A stretch of 63,520 bases of DNA, filler included, from Octopus bimaculoides (GCF_001194135.2; 3 parts of 3 records of this genome joined end to end with filler, not necessarily neighbours in it); one strand, 5' to 3'. Shown: positions 11,129 to 23,568, numbered from the whole stretch's first letter. Made by a program: numbers and translations. Notes: generated by a model not told the origin, from the sequence alone.

Positions 11129-11488
11129 GTGCAGGAGTGGCTGTGTGGTAAGTAGCTTGCTTACCAACCACATAGTTCCGGGTTCAGTCCCACTGTCTTC
11201 TACTACAACCTCGGGCTGACCAAAGCCTTGTGAGTGGATATGGTAGACGGAAACTGAAAGAAGCCCGTCGAATATATATATGTTTGTGTGTCTGTTTGTC
11301 CCCCCACCATCGTTTGATAACCGATGTTGGTGTGTTTACATACCTGTAATTAAGCGGTTCGGCAAAAAAGACCCATAGAATAAGTTCTAGGCTTACAAAG
11401 AATTAGTCCTGGGATCGATTTGTTCGACTAAAGGCGGTGCTCCAGCATGGACACAGTCAAATGACTGAAACAAATAAAAGAATAAAAA
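11128..11488 (+). mobile_element. tRNA-derived SINE family A, near full length
   Basis: A box TGGCTGTGTGG, B box GGTTCAGTCCC, internal TA/TG tract and tail GACTGAAACAAATAAAAGAATAAAA. It has a 20-bp internal deletion relative to other copies. Confidence 0.92.
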
Positions 11489-11557
<69 letters not shown>

Positions 11558-11658
11558 CGTACATTTATACATATGTTTATATGCATACATATGAATGTTT
11601 ACACATGCGAACCTAACCACACATACGTATGAATACGTATACTTATACATTCCATATA

Positions 11659-11858
11659 TTGGTTTCAAATTTTGGCACAAGGTCAGCAGTTTCAGGGATG
11701 GAGTTAAGTCGATAACATCGATCCCACCGCTCGACTGGCACTTACTTATCGAAAAGATGAAATTCCCCGGCGGAATTTGAACTCAGAACGTACAGGTGGA
11801 CGAAATGCTGCTAATCATCTTGACCGGAGTACCAACGATTCTGTTAGCTCGCCGCTTT
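11659..11858 (-). mobile_element. tRNA-derived SINE family B (Deu/Nin-like central domain)
   Basis: Minus strand begins AAAGCGGCGAGCTAACAGAATCGTTGG, has B box GAGTTCAAATTCC and ends CCAAAATTTGAAACC. Homologous to 12377, 13545, 22391 and 32178. Confidence 0.85.
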
Positions 11859-12376
11859 AGCATATCCCATATACCAGTGCCAAAAATATCAGGGATATAT
11901 CTGAATGGGTATTTCGCCATATTGAAAAGGCGCGTGTTCTTGTGGTTTGTTAACTGGGCTCAAGATAATAATTTCTTGGGCTTGAATTCTAATCAGGGAG
12001 ATGTGTTGTTTTCTTGTGCAAGGCACTTTACTTATTGTTGCTCCAGCCAGCTCATCTGATAAAGAAGATTATTAAGATTGACGGGGATTCAAGGTCAGTA
12101 GGTACTTAATGCAACAGCGTTTAAGAGTAAGTGGTATGGTTAAAAACGATCAGATATGACGAGGGACACATCTACTGTGTACTGTTATATCCCGTCTGTG
12201 CCCTTTTTATCTACCATTTTGGGAATTAGTTACAATGTCTACTAATAGAGTGGGCAACCAGAAGAATATAGAATTCCACTTTGAGATAGGAGACATCAAC
12301 AGAAACCGACAGAAATATTTCAACTTATAATTTATAATACATTGTCGAATAGTTTATAGTATTTATTTCGTTATTA

Positions 12377-12484
12377 AGCTGGCAGAATTGTTAGCACGCC
12401 GGGTAAAATGCTTGGCGGCATTTCGTCCGTCTTTGCGTTCTGTGTTCAATTGCCACCGGGGTCGACTTTGCCTTTCATACTTTC
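12377..12484 (+). mobile_element. SINE family B, 5' part
   Basis: GCTGGCAGAATTGTTAGCACGCCGGGTAAAATGCTTGGCGGCATTTCGTCCGTC...GTCGACTTTGCCTTTCAT. Confidence 0.85.
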
Positions 12485-12746
12485 AGATCTCTGGCACCAA
12501 TTAGTTCAAAGCAGTCTAGCTCACTTGCAAGTGCGCTTGATGCATAATTTATAGTACACCTGTTTCTTCATTAATAGCTTCACACTAACCACTGGCTCCG
12601 AAGTCTAGTTCCAAACCAAGCAAAACTTCAACTGTGCGATTGTCAATATTGCAAAACATGCACACTGTGACTTCCGCTTCGTTTCACTGGGTCAGTTTAC
12701 ATGCCGTTTACTGTGCCAAAAGTACATAACACCTTGCGACTATAAA

Positions 12747-13010
12747 TCTTACTATAATGGGGCGTTATGTCCGTCTGTCTGTCCGTCTGTCTGTCCGTCT
12801 GTCTGTCCGTCTGTCTGTCCGTCTGTCTGTCCGTCTGTCTGTCCGTCTGTCTGTCCGTCNNNNNNNNNNNNNCGTCTGTCTGTCTGTCTGTCTGTCCGTC
12901 CGTCCGTCTGTCTATCTGTCTGTCTGTCTGTCTGTCTGTCTTGTCTGTCTGTTCCTTCTTCACGGTCAAACGGCTGGACGAATGGTCATGATGCTTTTCG
13001 GGATTACGAA
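12747..13010 (+). mobile_element. Helitron-like non-autonomous element, 5' part with GTCY microsatellite
   Basis: It starts A|TCTTACTATAAT, followed by a (GTCCGTCTGTCT)n array and CTTCACGGTCAAACGGCTGGACGAAT, a layout typical of non-autonomous Helitron/HINE elements. The same TCTTA start is seen at 39141 (-). No 3' end found. Confidence 0.45.
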
Positions 13011-13299
13011 GGAGGTAATCAGGAAGGCTTTTAGCGAAAAAAATGTGAAAAAGTATGATTATTTAGTAGATATTGAGTTTTGTATTAATAAATCACCTGT
13101 ATGCCTCCATCGTAGATGGGTAGATTTGTTAGTTATATAAATACATCTACATTTATAATAACTTTCTTCTTCCACTTATGATTGTGTATGTAACAAATGC
13201 AACTTGGAAACCCCAAGCTCTAAAATCTCATGAGCTCGATTCATTCGACGAAAAATTCTTCAAGGCCCTGCTGCAGCTTGGCTGCAGTCTATTGACTGA

Positions 13300-13362
13300 A
13301 ACAGACGGACGGACAGACAGACGGACAGACAGACGGACAGACAGACGGACAGACAGACGGAC
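13300..13362. repeat. (ACAGACGGACAG)n, reverse complement of the 12768-12860 array
   Basis: Directly visible. Confidence 0.9.
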
Positions 13363-13544
13363 GTAAAGGATAAAAGGTAAAAGATTTATGAAGAAAGAAT
13401 TTCTTAAATTAAATCTAACTATACACAGGGTGGTGCAAAAGTAGGTATACAGTTATGAAAAAAGAAAACACGTACAATACTCATTTATTTTTATCAAAAA
13501 AAATTTAAAGTTGCGCCTTAGTAATATTATCAATATTGGTACCA

Positions 13545-13765
13545 AAGATGTGGCAAGTTGGCAGAGTCGTTAGCGCGCCGGGCAAAATTTTTTTACCGGC
13601 ATTTCATCTTTCTTCGTGTTCTGAGTTCAATTCCCACCGAGGTTGACTTTGCCTTTCATCCTGTCGACGTCGATAAAATAAGTACCAGTTGATCATTGGA
13701 GTCGATATAATCAATTTACCCCCAAACCCGAAATGGCTGGCTTTATGCCAAAATTTGAAACCAAT
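13545..13765 (+). mobile_element. SINE family B, near full length
   Basis: TGGCAGAGTCGTTAG (A box), GAGTTCAATTCCC (B box), GACTTTGCCTTTCATCC..GTCGATAAAATAAGTACCAG (Deu/Nin-like) and a CCAAAATTTGAAACC tail. Confidence 0.88.
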
Positions 13766-14071
13766 ATTAGTATCGATAAATAATAATTCGGTATTCTCAG
13801 AGAAAAAGTACTTTGCATTTGGATGAATTGAAATATCCACACACACGCATGCGCGTGCACCACTCCCACACAAACACGTTTCATTGTACATTGAAAAACT
13901 AATAGCATTTAATACAAATAACTAAAACATAGATAGAAATGTTTATAATTTAATCAGAAATTATTCCTTCATTGTAATTTGTAGCTTCACGATGGCGAAG
14001 GTCATACGATGAAGAAATATGTTAAATAAAAGATATATTTGAATATTTATGTGTCTTTATATATATTTATG

Positions 14072-14129
<58 letters not shown>

Positions 14130-14431
14130 TAAATATAAATTTTCTTTTCGTTTGTTTCCATTCTATCCAATTTTATTTGAATNNNNNNNNNNNNNNNNNN
14201 NNNNNNNNNNNNNNNNNNNNNNNNNNNNNNNNNNNNNNNNNNNNNNNNNNNNNNNNNNNNNNNNNNNNNNNNNNNNNNNNNNNNNNNNNNNNNNNNNNNN
14301 NNNNNNNNNNNNNNNNNNNNNNNNNNNNNNNNNNNNNNNNNNNNNNNNNNNNNNNNNNNNNNNNNNNNNNNNNNNNNNNNNNNNNATATATATATATATA
14401 TATACCTTTTCTCTGTCTCTTTCTCTCTTTC

Positions 14432-14432
<1 letters not shown>

Positions 14433-14503
<71 letters not shown>

Positions 14504-14930
14504 CCTATCTATCTGTGTGTGTGTGTGTATGTCTGTGTGTGTTTTGTAAATTGGTATTTTTTAATACATATTCTTGAAACTTGAGAACTAAATAAACTCA
14601 ATCCAAACAAAATATTCTATTGAGATGAAGACGAACGACTCGCAGTTTTTAAATGGTACGAACGGCTACAAGCCTGAAATACTTGAAGGAAGGCTGCGAT
14701 TCAAACATTCAGAAGATTTATTAAAATGTAATGCAGCCTTGTCTACCAAAAGATATCAACATTATGGTAAAGCAATGAAGCAGTTAACATGTGTGAATAA
14801 ATCTTCAAGTCAGCCTATATCCCACGTTAAAATCGTTGGAGAATATCAGACGTGTTTTAACAAAGAAATTTTGGTCGATCGAGTGGATAAAGACGTTGAA
14901 AGACACCTTCAAGAATACCAAATACAGCCG

Positions 14931-15029
<99 letters not shown>
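14433..15029. repeat. Two (TATC)n arrays (14433-14514, 14931-15029) flanking a unique island
   Basis: Directly visible. Confidence 0.9.
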
Positions 15030-16810
15030 NNNNNNNNNNNNNNNNNNNNNNNNNNNNNNNNNNNNNNNNNNNNNNNNNNNNNNNNNNNNNNNNNNNNNNN
15101 NNNNNNNNNNNNNNNNNNNNNNNNNNNNNNNNNNNNNNNNNNNNNNNNNNNNNNNNNNNNNNNNNNNNNNNNNNNNNNNNNNNNNNNNNNNNNNNNNNNN
15201 NNNNNNNNNNNNNNNNNNNNNNNNNNNNNNNNNNNNNNNNNNNNNNNNNNNNNNNNNNNNNNNNNNNNNNNNNNNNNNNNNNNNNNNNNNNNNNNNNNNN
15301 NNNNNNNNNNNNNNNNNNNNNNNNNNNNNNNNNNNNNNNNNNNNNNNNNNNNNNNNNNNNNNNNNNNNNNNNNNNNNNNNNNNNNNNNNNNNNNNNNNNN
15401 NNNNNNNNNNNNNNNNNNNNNNNNNNNNNNNNNNNNNNNNNNNNNNNNNNNNNNNNNNNNNNNNNNNNNNNNNNNNNNNNNNNNNNNNNNNNNNNNNNNN
15501 NNNNNNNNNNNNNNNNNNNNNNNNNNNNNNNNNNNNNNNNNNNNNNNNNNNNNNNNNNNNNNNNNNNNNNNNNNNNNNNNNNNNNNNNNNNNNNNNNNNN
15601 NNNNNNNNNNNNNNNNNNNNNNNNNNNNNNNNNNNNNNNNNNNNNNNNNNNNNNNNNNNNNNNNNNNNNNNNNNNNNNNNNNNNNNNNNNNNNNNNNNNN
15701 NNNNATATATATATATATATATATACATATGTATACACACATAGACATACGCACATACATACATATATAACGAGGCACTTAGATATACGCGTGTGTGTGT
15801 GTTGTATATATCTGCAAGAAGTCTAAAGATAAACACCCGTACATTCCTAAGTCATCTTTCCTCTATAACGTTATGTATACATGTATATACACGTTTCCAT
15901 ACATGCATACATACGCAAATATATACATACATATATACATACATGCTTACATATATGTATACGTGTATGTGTGTTAGTACGTATATAAAAGTGTAAATAC
16001 TTTAATTCCTAACGAAATGCATTTATTTATAGACACAACACTTCCTTGTTAGGAAACGAAACGAAACGAAACAGCTTTGTACTTTGGAAGTCTCACTGAA
16101 AAAGGAGTCGATTTTCGTTGACTCTCATTATTACCCGCTAAACTTGCATCACATTCTTAAAGAAGCCGTCTCGTTTAGATCGCTTTACCATCAGTCACAC
16201 GACACTACGCTAACGTCAACGAACCATTGGCAACTAGCGAAGAGAACATATAACACAACTCGCTGTACAAACTCTCCTGCTACTAAAGAAGGTATCTGGT
16301 TATGATCTTTGTCATTGGAAGCCGTCTAACAGTCCGTAATGTTTACCATAACAGCACCATTAATAATTGTCTGGTTGAGGATGCAGTGTTGCCGTGCTTT
16401 TAGTAGAACATGTATACTGAGAAACTATTTCACTTGTCTAGACTCTTTGTTGTTGGTATTGGTACTTTTGTTCGTTAGCTTCTTCTTCTTCTTCCTTTTC
16501 TCCTCCTCCTCCTCCTCCTCCTCCTCCTCCTCCTCCTNNNNNNNNNNNNNNNNNNNNNNNNNNNNNNNNNNNNNNNNNNNNNNNNNNNNNNNNNNNNNNN
16601 NNNNNNNNNNNNNNNNNNNNNNNNNNNNNNNNNNNNNNNNNNNNNNNNNNNNNNNNNNNNNNNNNNNNNNNNNNNNNNNNNNNNNNNNNNNNNNNNNNNN
16701 NNNNNNNNNNNNNNNNNNNNNNNNNNNNNNNNNNNNNNNNNNNNNCCTCCTTCTTCTTCTTCTTCTTCTTCTTCTTCTTCTTCTTCTTCTTCTTCTTCTT
16801 CTTCTTTTTC

Positions 16811-16878
<68 letters not shown>

Positions 16879-17160
16879 CCATAATTGGATATTTATATGC
16901 ATATATATATGTATGCATGTATATATATATATATATATATGTATATTATATATATTATACATATTATATATATATATAAGTATATAAATGCACATGTATA
17001 TATATACGAACACATGTTTTATGTATATTCAAGCATAACTACATAAATACACACACACACACACACACACACATACGTATATATGTATATCTACTAGTAT
17101 ACACACAGACATCCATTCACTCACACATGAATATGAATACAAGTATATGTATATATAAAA

Positions 17161-17213
<53 letters not shown>

Positions 17214-17347
17214 CACATGCATACATATACACAAAGGCTCACATCACGTACAATAAGAAGTTACATATGAATAAATACGATATATAGACACAAAACTATT
17301 CATAATTATTTGTACATTTATATAGGCACAAACACGAAGTACACACA

Positions 17348-17390
<43 letters not shown>

Positions 17391-17709
17391 CCTGAGGATT
17401 GAGAAACATCATGACCATATTTCTTATCCATATACTTAACGTCTTGTATTTCACATTTCCACATTAATGTCTTCCTGGTATAGAAGAGTGTGTTCGGTCT
17501 GTAGAATAGCAAATATATGTGAACCACATTGATAATAAATGTAAAGTGTTGACATTGATGAACTTGTAGCATTAGTACAGAATTATAAACAATGAAATGA
17601 AACCCCAAATAAAACGAAAATGAAAGAATAATATATAAAAAGACCCACATTGTGAAATCCTAGAGTTAATGTTTACGGTATGGAGCTAAATATGTTAGTT
17701 GAAAAAACA

Positions 17710-17950
17710 AGGGCGCCATCTATGACCTATTTTGGAAGGCCTCAGAAAATACTGAACAAGTTGTGGAAAAAGACCAAAATTTGTTTGTTGGAATAGAAAA
17801 CAGCTCATCTACGCGAGGAATTTTTATTCTCGAATGGGAAACCCAGTACGAAAGCTTGCAACAGAGTAAATGTAGGTCAAGATATCTATTAATAAGGTAG
17901 TGGTGTTAAACAGGGCAATACATTAAGCCTGCTACTGTCAAAGAGGTGTA
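17710..17950 (+). mobile_element. Very degenerate LINE RT fragment
   Basis: GSGVKQGNTLSLLL resembles the RT motif GV(R/K)QGDxLSPLLF. Confidence 0.35.
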
Positions 17951-18307
17951 GTCCAATACCCCGGTTTCTTACAGTTTTCGTTTACTCACTTCCATTCACT
18001 GAGCGTGGCTCTTATCTGAGAACATCTGTCAAAAGTACCAACCAGCGTAGTAATGTTGCCTCAGTCGCACGTTAATTTGAAACGAGATTTTTAACCAAGA
18101 AGTTAACGATTTCTAATAAGCGTCCATGTCAGTTACGGGGGTGAGTTCGATCGCTCACGAAGAAATTATACGAAATAAACAAAAAATTATTGCCCCTTTC
18201 CACTTTCGTGGATCGAATTTGCTTTCCATTATTTTCCGATGTCAATTTTAATTAATGTTTTAAACATTTTAATCAAATGCTTAAATTTTATGTATGTACT
18301 GTATATT

Positions 18308-18538
18308 CTCTTTACTCTTTTTACTCTTTTACTTGTTTCAGTCATCTGACTTCGGCCATGCTGGAGCACCGCCTTTAGTCGAGCAAATCGATCCCAGGAC
18401 TTATTCTTTGGATGCCTAGTACTTATTTTATCGGTCACTTTTTGCCGAGCCGCTAAGTTACGGGGACCTAAACAAACCACCATCGGCTGTCAAGCGATGT
18501 TGGGGGGACACAGACACAGAAACACACAGACATACACA

Positions 18539-18590
<52 letters not shown>

Positions 18591-18761
18591 CATATATACG
18601 ACGGGCTTCTTTCAGTTTGCGTCTACCAAATCCACTCACAAGGCTTTGGTCGGCCCGTAGCTATAGTAGAAGACACTTGCCCAACGTGCCACGCAGTGGG
18701 AATGAACTCGGAACCATGTGGTTGGTAAGCAAGCTACTTACCACACAACCACTCCCGCGCC
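18308..18761 (-). mobile_element. SINE family A, full length
   Basis: The head GGCGCGGGAGTGGTTGTGTGG, internal (CA)/(TA) tract and (TAAAAGAG)n tail are all present. Confidence 0.95.
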
Positions 18762-18939
18762 TATGTATGTATGTATGTATGTATGTATGTATGTATGTAT
18801 GTATATATGTATGCAGTGGCCCGGGAACAAAATTTGCTAAGGTGGTGCAAACCCAGGTTCAAACATTTTTTTACATAAAAGTGGATTTTTTCATTGTTAA
18901 CATTAAGACAAATGCAGTTATAATAATAATTTTTATTAT

Positions 18940-19400
18940 TATGAGGGTCGGCTGAAATGTTCATACTCTCATGGAATGTGACCAAATAAAGTCCATATTT
19001 TAACGTAGGTCCTCTTACTGTCCATACACTTCCATCAGTAGTTGTAGTGCTTGTATCGCGCTGGTGAAGACGCTACCCTGTTGGTCAAAATATTTATCAA
19101 CAACGGGTTAGACGTCATCACATCACAGCGATACTGGTGCCCAGCTGAGTGTTTGTTCATGATGGGAAACAGATGATAATAAAATGGAACCAAATCACTA
19201 ACGTAGGGAGGGTAATCAACCAGTTCAAAGCCAGTCGCGCACAGCAGCCATTGAAACCAAACTTGTGTACTGAAGCATTGTCCTAATGAAACAAGACTCC
19301 ATTCATCAGTTTTTCCTTTGGTCTTGATAGCTTTCGTAACTACCTTAGCGAGTCTGTGTTGAACTTTCCATTGATGTTGCAATCATTTTGAACATGGTCA
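18940..19400 (-). mobile_element. Mariner transposon remnant (transposase C-terminus plus one TIR)
   Basis: Minus strand GFELVDYPPYVSDLVPFYYHLFPIMNKHSAGHQYR matches the mariner HPPYSPDLAPSDYHLF motif. A TIR-like TATGAGGGTCGGCTGAAATGTTCATA lies at 18940. Confidence 0.85.
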
Positions 19401-19426
19401 ATAAAAACATTTTTTGCATTAACGTA

Positions 19427-19855
19427 TACTCTTTTTACTCTTTACTCTTTTACTTGTTTCAGTCATTTGACTGCGGCCATGCTGGAGCACCGCCTTTAGT
19501 TGAGCAAATCGACCTCAGGACTTAATCTTTAGAAGCCTAGTACTTATTCTATCGGTCTCTTTTGCCGAACTGCTAAATTATGGGGACGTAAACACACCAC
19601 CATCGGTTGTCAAGCGATGCTGGGGGGACAAACACAGACACACAAACATATACACACACATACATTTATATATATATATACATATATACGAAGAGCTTCT
19701 TTCAGTTTCTATGTACCAAATCCACTCACAAGGCTTTGGTCGGCCCGAGGCTATAGTAGAAGACACTTGCCCAAGGTGCCATACAAACAGTGGGAATAAA
19801 TCCGGAACCATGTGGTTGGTAAGAAAGCTACTTACCACACAGTCACTCCTGCACC
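19427..19855 (-). mobile_element. SINE family A, full length
   Basis: Collinear with the 18308-18761 copy. Confidence 0.95.
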
Positions 19856-20119
19856 TGTAGTATATGTAATAATGTGAAGTATATTTTGTATATTAAAATG
19901 TTTAATTTTGGAAATATACCAAGCGAAGCAAACACAAGCAGTAAAAATAGAAGTTGCAAGTATTTCAGAATGTGGGATACTACGCGATGAAAACTAACAA
20001 AAAAGAAAGAATAGAGTGGTGCTTGTGTTCAAAAGGTACGATGAAAGGGCTCAGGAGAAGGATAGAAAGATGGGCTTGAAAATAAGAAAGATAGTAGGAA
20101 AGAAAAGAATGAAAAGTGA

Positions 20120-20480
20120 AAAGATAAACTGGATGTCTGAAGTGAATGTTAGGCAGGAGATGAAACAAAATACATGTCTTACCTACGCGCTGGTCAAATA
20201 GAAAAAAGATGAGTGACAACAAAATTGGATGGTTTTTTGGTCCCAAAGATTGAACAAAGGGAGACAGAGTGGAGTAGAGAAGGCTGGGGAAGAGCAAGTA
20301 CGAAGAAAGAGGGAGTGCAGAACAAAAAAAGGGAATAAAGATAGACAGTAGTTAGTTGACAGAGATGGACAGAGGAAGAAATGGAAGGTAGTAAATAGAG
20401 AAAGGCAGCAGACAGATAGAGAGGCAGATAGAAATAGATGGGTAAGGTTTTGCGCATAAGAGTGGGGAAGAGAAGGATAG
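20120..20480 (+). mobile_element. Highly degenerate RTE-type LINE 3' region
   Basis: AGQI..MSDNK..W..PKD..GD resembles WAGHVxRxxDNRWT..W.PR..KR. Purine-rich strand. Confidence 0.3.
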
Positions 20481-20613
20481 AGAAATGGATAGAAAAGAGA
20501 GAAAAAATCTCGTACTAAATATTGAACATTATGTTGGGTACCACTGAGCGGGAACAAAAATGGGGTGTGTGAGATTAGATTGCAACCATAAAATGTTGCA
20601 CAGAAATCCCCCC

Positions 20614-20659
<46 letters not shown>

Positions 20660-21311
20660 CATATATATATACCACCTGACATTGTCATATTTAAACCCTC
20701 TGTCATATTTAATGACAATTACAGTCTTTCTTTTTGGTGATACATTGCCTAAATCGCTGCCTAATTACCGATTGTTAAGATCGGCCGTGTTGGATATATA
20801 TAATACTGNNNNNNNNNNNNNNNNNNNNNNNNNNNNNNNNNNNNNNNNNNNNNNNNNNNNNNNNNNNNNNNNNNNNNNNNNNNNNNNNNNNNNNNNNNNN
20901 NNNNNNNNNNNNNNNNNNNNNNNNNNNNNNNNNNNNNNNNNNNNNNNNNNNNNNNNNNNNNNNNNNNNNNNNNNNNNNNNNNNNNNNNNNNNNNNNNNNN
21001 NNNNNNNNNNNNNNNNNNNNNNNNNNNNNNNNNNNNNNNNNNNNNNNNNNNNNNNNNNNNNNNNNNNNNNNNNNNNNNNNNNNNNNNNNNNNNNNNNNNN
21101 NNNNNNNNNNNNNNNNNNNNNNNNNNNNNNNNNNNNNNNNNNNNNNNNNNNNNNNNNNNNNNNNNNNNNNNNNNNNNNNNNNNNNNNNNNNNNNNNNNNN
21201 NNNNNNNNNNNNNNNNNNNNNNNNNNNNNNNNNNNNNNNNNNNNNNNNNNNNNNNNNNNNNNNNNNNNNNNNNNNNNNNNNNNNNNNNNNNNNNNNNNNN
21301 NNNNNNNCCCC

Positions 21312-21357
<46 letters not shown>

Positions 21358-21717
21358 CCAACACACACACACACAGACTCACATTAACGTAAATGCATAC
21401 ACTATATATGTAAATGTTTGTATATGTGTGTGTGTGCTGTTGTGTGCGTGCGCGTGTAGCGTTTACGTATGAAATTCATTCAAAAATTTCTCGTCCAGAG
21501 AGTTCTATATGTCTTCATATTGTCATTATGACGTCACAATATGGGAAACGTTTTCTCCAAGGCCTCCGATTCAAATAATATTCAGTCTCTTTCAACCTTT
21601 CGCGGTGATTAGAGGCTAGGGAATGTGTGCGCCGGGGGACGCACCCGGACACCTGAAGACTAGAGTGAAGTCAGAGTCATCTTCACCTTGTTTTTAGTGT
21701 TTGTGGGGATATTTTGA

Positions 21718-22126
21718 GCAGACCCTCACAAGTGTGCCCTCCACGGAATAGTTTTCTCATAAATTTCAGAAAAAATGGATATCTTTTAAGGAAGTATTCT
21801 ACAAATACCTCTCAGATAGTGTACATTGCAACTATATCGGAATTTGATGAGAAAATATAGAGGTCGCACACACATATATATATTGACATACATCACATTT
21901 TTGTTTCAAAATTTCAAGTTAAATTTTGTGAATATATATGTTATGTGTGTGTCAGCATATATGTGTAAACTTTCACGAATTTTCTCTTTTTTTCTCTCGT
22001 TAAATTCCGATATAATCGTAATCTACACCATCTGAGAGGAATTTGTAGAAAATTTCATTAAAAATCTAACCATTTTTCTGGAAGTTATTAGGAAAGAGAG
22101 TCGGGGACACAATTGTGTGGGTCTGC
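21718..22126. mobile_element. Foldback/palindromic element with ~145-bp inverted arms
   Basis: The left arm GCAGACC...TTCTACAAATACCTCTCAGAT...TATATCGGAATTT (21718-~21860) matches the reverse complement of ~21985-22126 (AAATTCCGATATA...ATCTGAGAGGAATTTGTAGAA...GGTCTGC). Confidence 0.8.
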
Positions 22127-22390
22127 CGTTTTATGCACCTTTGAGTTCTTAAACACCCTCTGTAACATGCTGGTTGGTACCATAACATAGTTACAAGGTG
22201 TCCGGTATTGTTCCTGCACCCGTATGAACTCTTAGCCAGGCAATTTCAGGACAGGAAACCTGGAGGTTCCAACCAGAAACGATACTTCACTCTCGATATA
22301 TTCACACAGAATATTTCAATGTAAACAATCGTGTGACTGTAAGGGAATCTGATAGTAAGGATGGGTAAATAAAAATCGTACACGAAATAT

Positions 22391-22590
22391 TCCTTTCTAT
22401 TCTAGGAACAAGGCTTGAAATTCGGTGGTGTGAGTAGTCGATCATATTGAATCCAAAGCCTGGGTGGCACTTATTTTATCAGCAACAAAAGGATCAAAGC
22501 ATCTATCGAACTCAGCGGAATTTGAACTCAAATTGCAAAGGTGACCGAAATGCCGCCGTCGTGCCAACCATTCTGCCACTCCCCCGCCTT
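22391..22590 (-). mobile_element. SINE family B, diverged
   Basis: Collinear with the other family B copies (GGAATTTGAACTC B-box complement, CCATTCTGCCA A-box complement). Confidence 0.75.
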
Positions 22591-22779
22591 ATGAACACGA
22601 AATAATGGTTACTCAACATATGTATAATCCACAGGTAGATGTAGAGAGTAGGGTTTAAACTCGGTAAGTGTTTAAATAAACCACAAGCTTGCTGCTATTA
22701 AAATGTTTCATAATATTTTCTTCATATTTCTATTATAATAAAAACAAAATTTTGTCTGACTGGGACCCCTGTACTTAGT

Positions 22780-22920
22780 CTGCATTTGATCCACATAGAC
22801 ATTTTATACCTTTTTGGAATCAGAATGATCCCGCAGTTGAAGATCTGCTCTTCATTTGGTTCTCGAACATCCAGTATTGGAATCTGATTCAAAAACATTT
22901 GAGTTGCTACTTCTTGCAAG
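22780..22920 (-). mobile_element. Degenerate RTE RT fragment
   Basis: EEQIFNCGIIL resembles the RT motif (T/V)EQIFN(C/L)RII. Confidence 0.35.
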
Positions 22921-23236
22921 TGAGTCTTGGCGGATTCACGCCATCTTGCTTAGCTTTTGTCAGATGACACCAGGCATAAAGGGGGAGATAAATGACATTC
23001 GCTTCGTTAATTTTATGTCGAGATAGGAACTTTGGGACAAATTGGTCAACAGTTGGAATTCAACTTGGGATTGGAACGATTGGAACGTGTGCTCTCTATT
23101 ATAATTATAAATCTTATTCTCTAGCTATATATTTAACGCTATTATTGCTTGCTACCGCTTATATTTTGCGTACAAGCATACATTTTATGTGCGTACAAGC
23201 ATACATTTTATGTGTGTGTATGTATGTTTGTCTAGT

Positions 23237-23346
23237 TACGAGGGGTGTATGAAACGACTTGAGCCTCAAAAAAAACAGAACATGGTACAAGACTTCTGAT
23301 GAAGGTACAAGGCTTCAAGGCTCAAAACTTTTCATACGCCCTCGTA
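23237..23346. mobile_element. Mariner-type MITE
   Basis: TIRs TACGAGGGGTGTATGAAACGACTTGAGCCT and AGGCTCAAAACTTTTCATACGCCCTCGTA, with TA at both ends. Confidence 0.85.
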
Positions 23347-23530
23347 TATAAGAAAACCGTTGGCTGGGGATTTCAGTTGGAGATAGGGAGACTTTTAGAT
23401 AATTTCTAGAGTACTTGTTTAGTGTAAAAGCGTCAAACTGTAAGCATGTTTATCATTTTATATTACGGGAAGGGTTTATAATTTACTTATACACTCACGT
23501 GCGCGCACACACACAGACAAGCACACACAC

Positions 23531-23568
<38 letters not shown>

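Noticed and set aside
11128-11195. tRNA genes at A/B-box sites
   Set aside because: They do not form a cloverleaf and always continue into SINE bodies.
16084-16400. Possible second GIY-YIG fragment (SFRSLYHQSHDTTL..HWQL..YDLC)
   Set aside because: The resemblance is too weak to call without a profile search.
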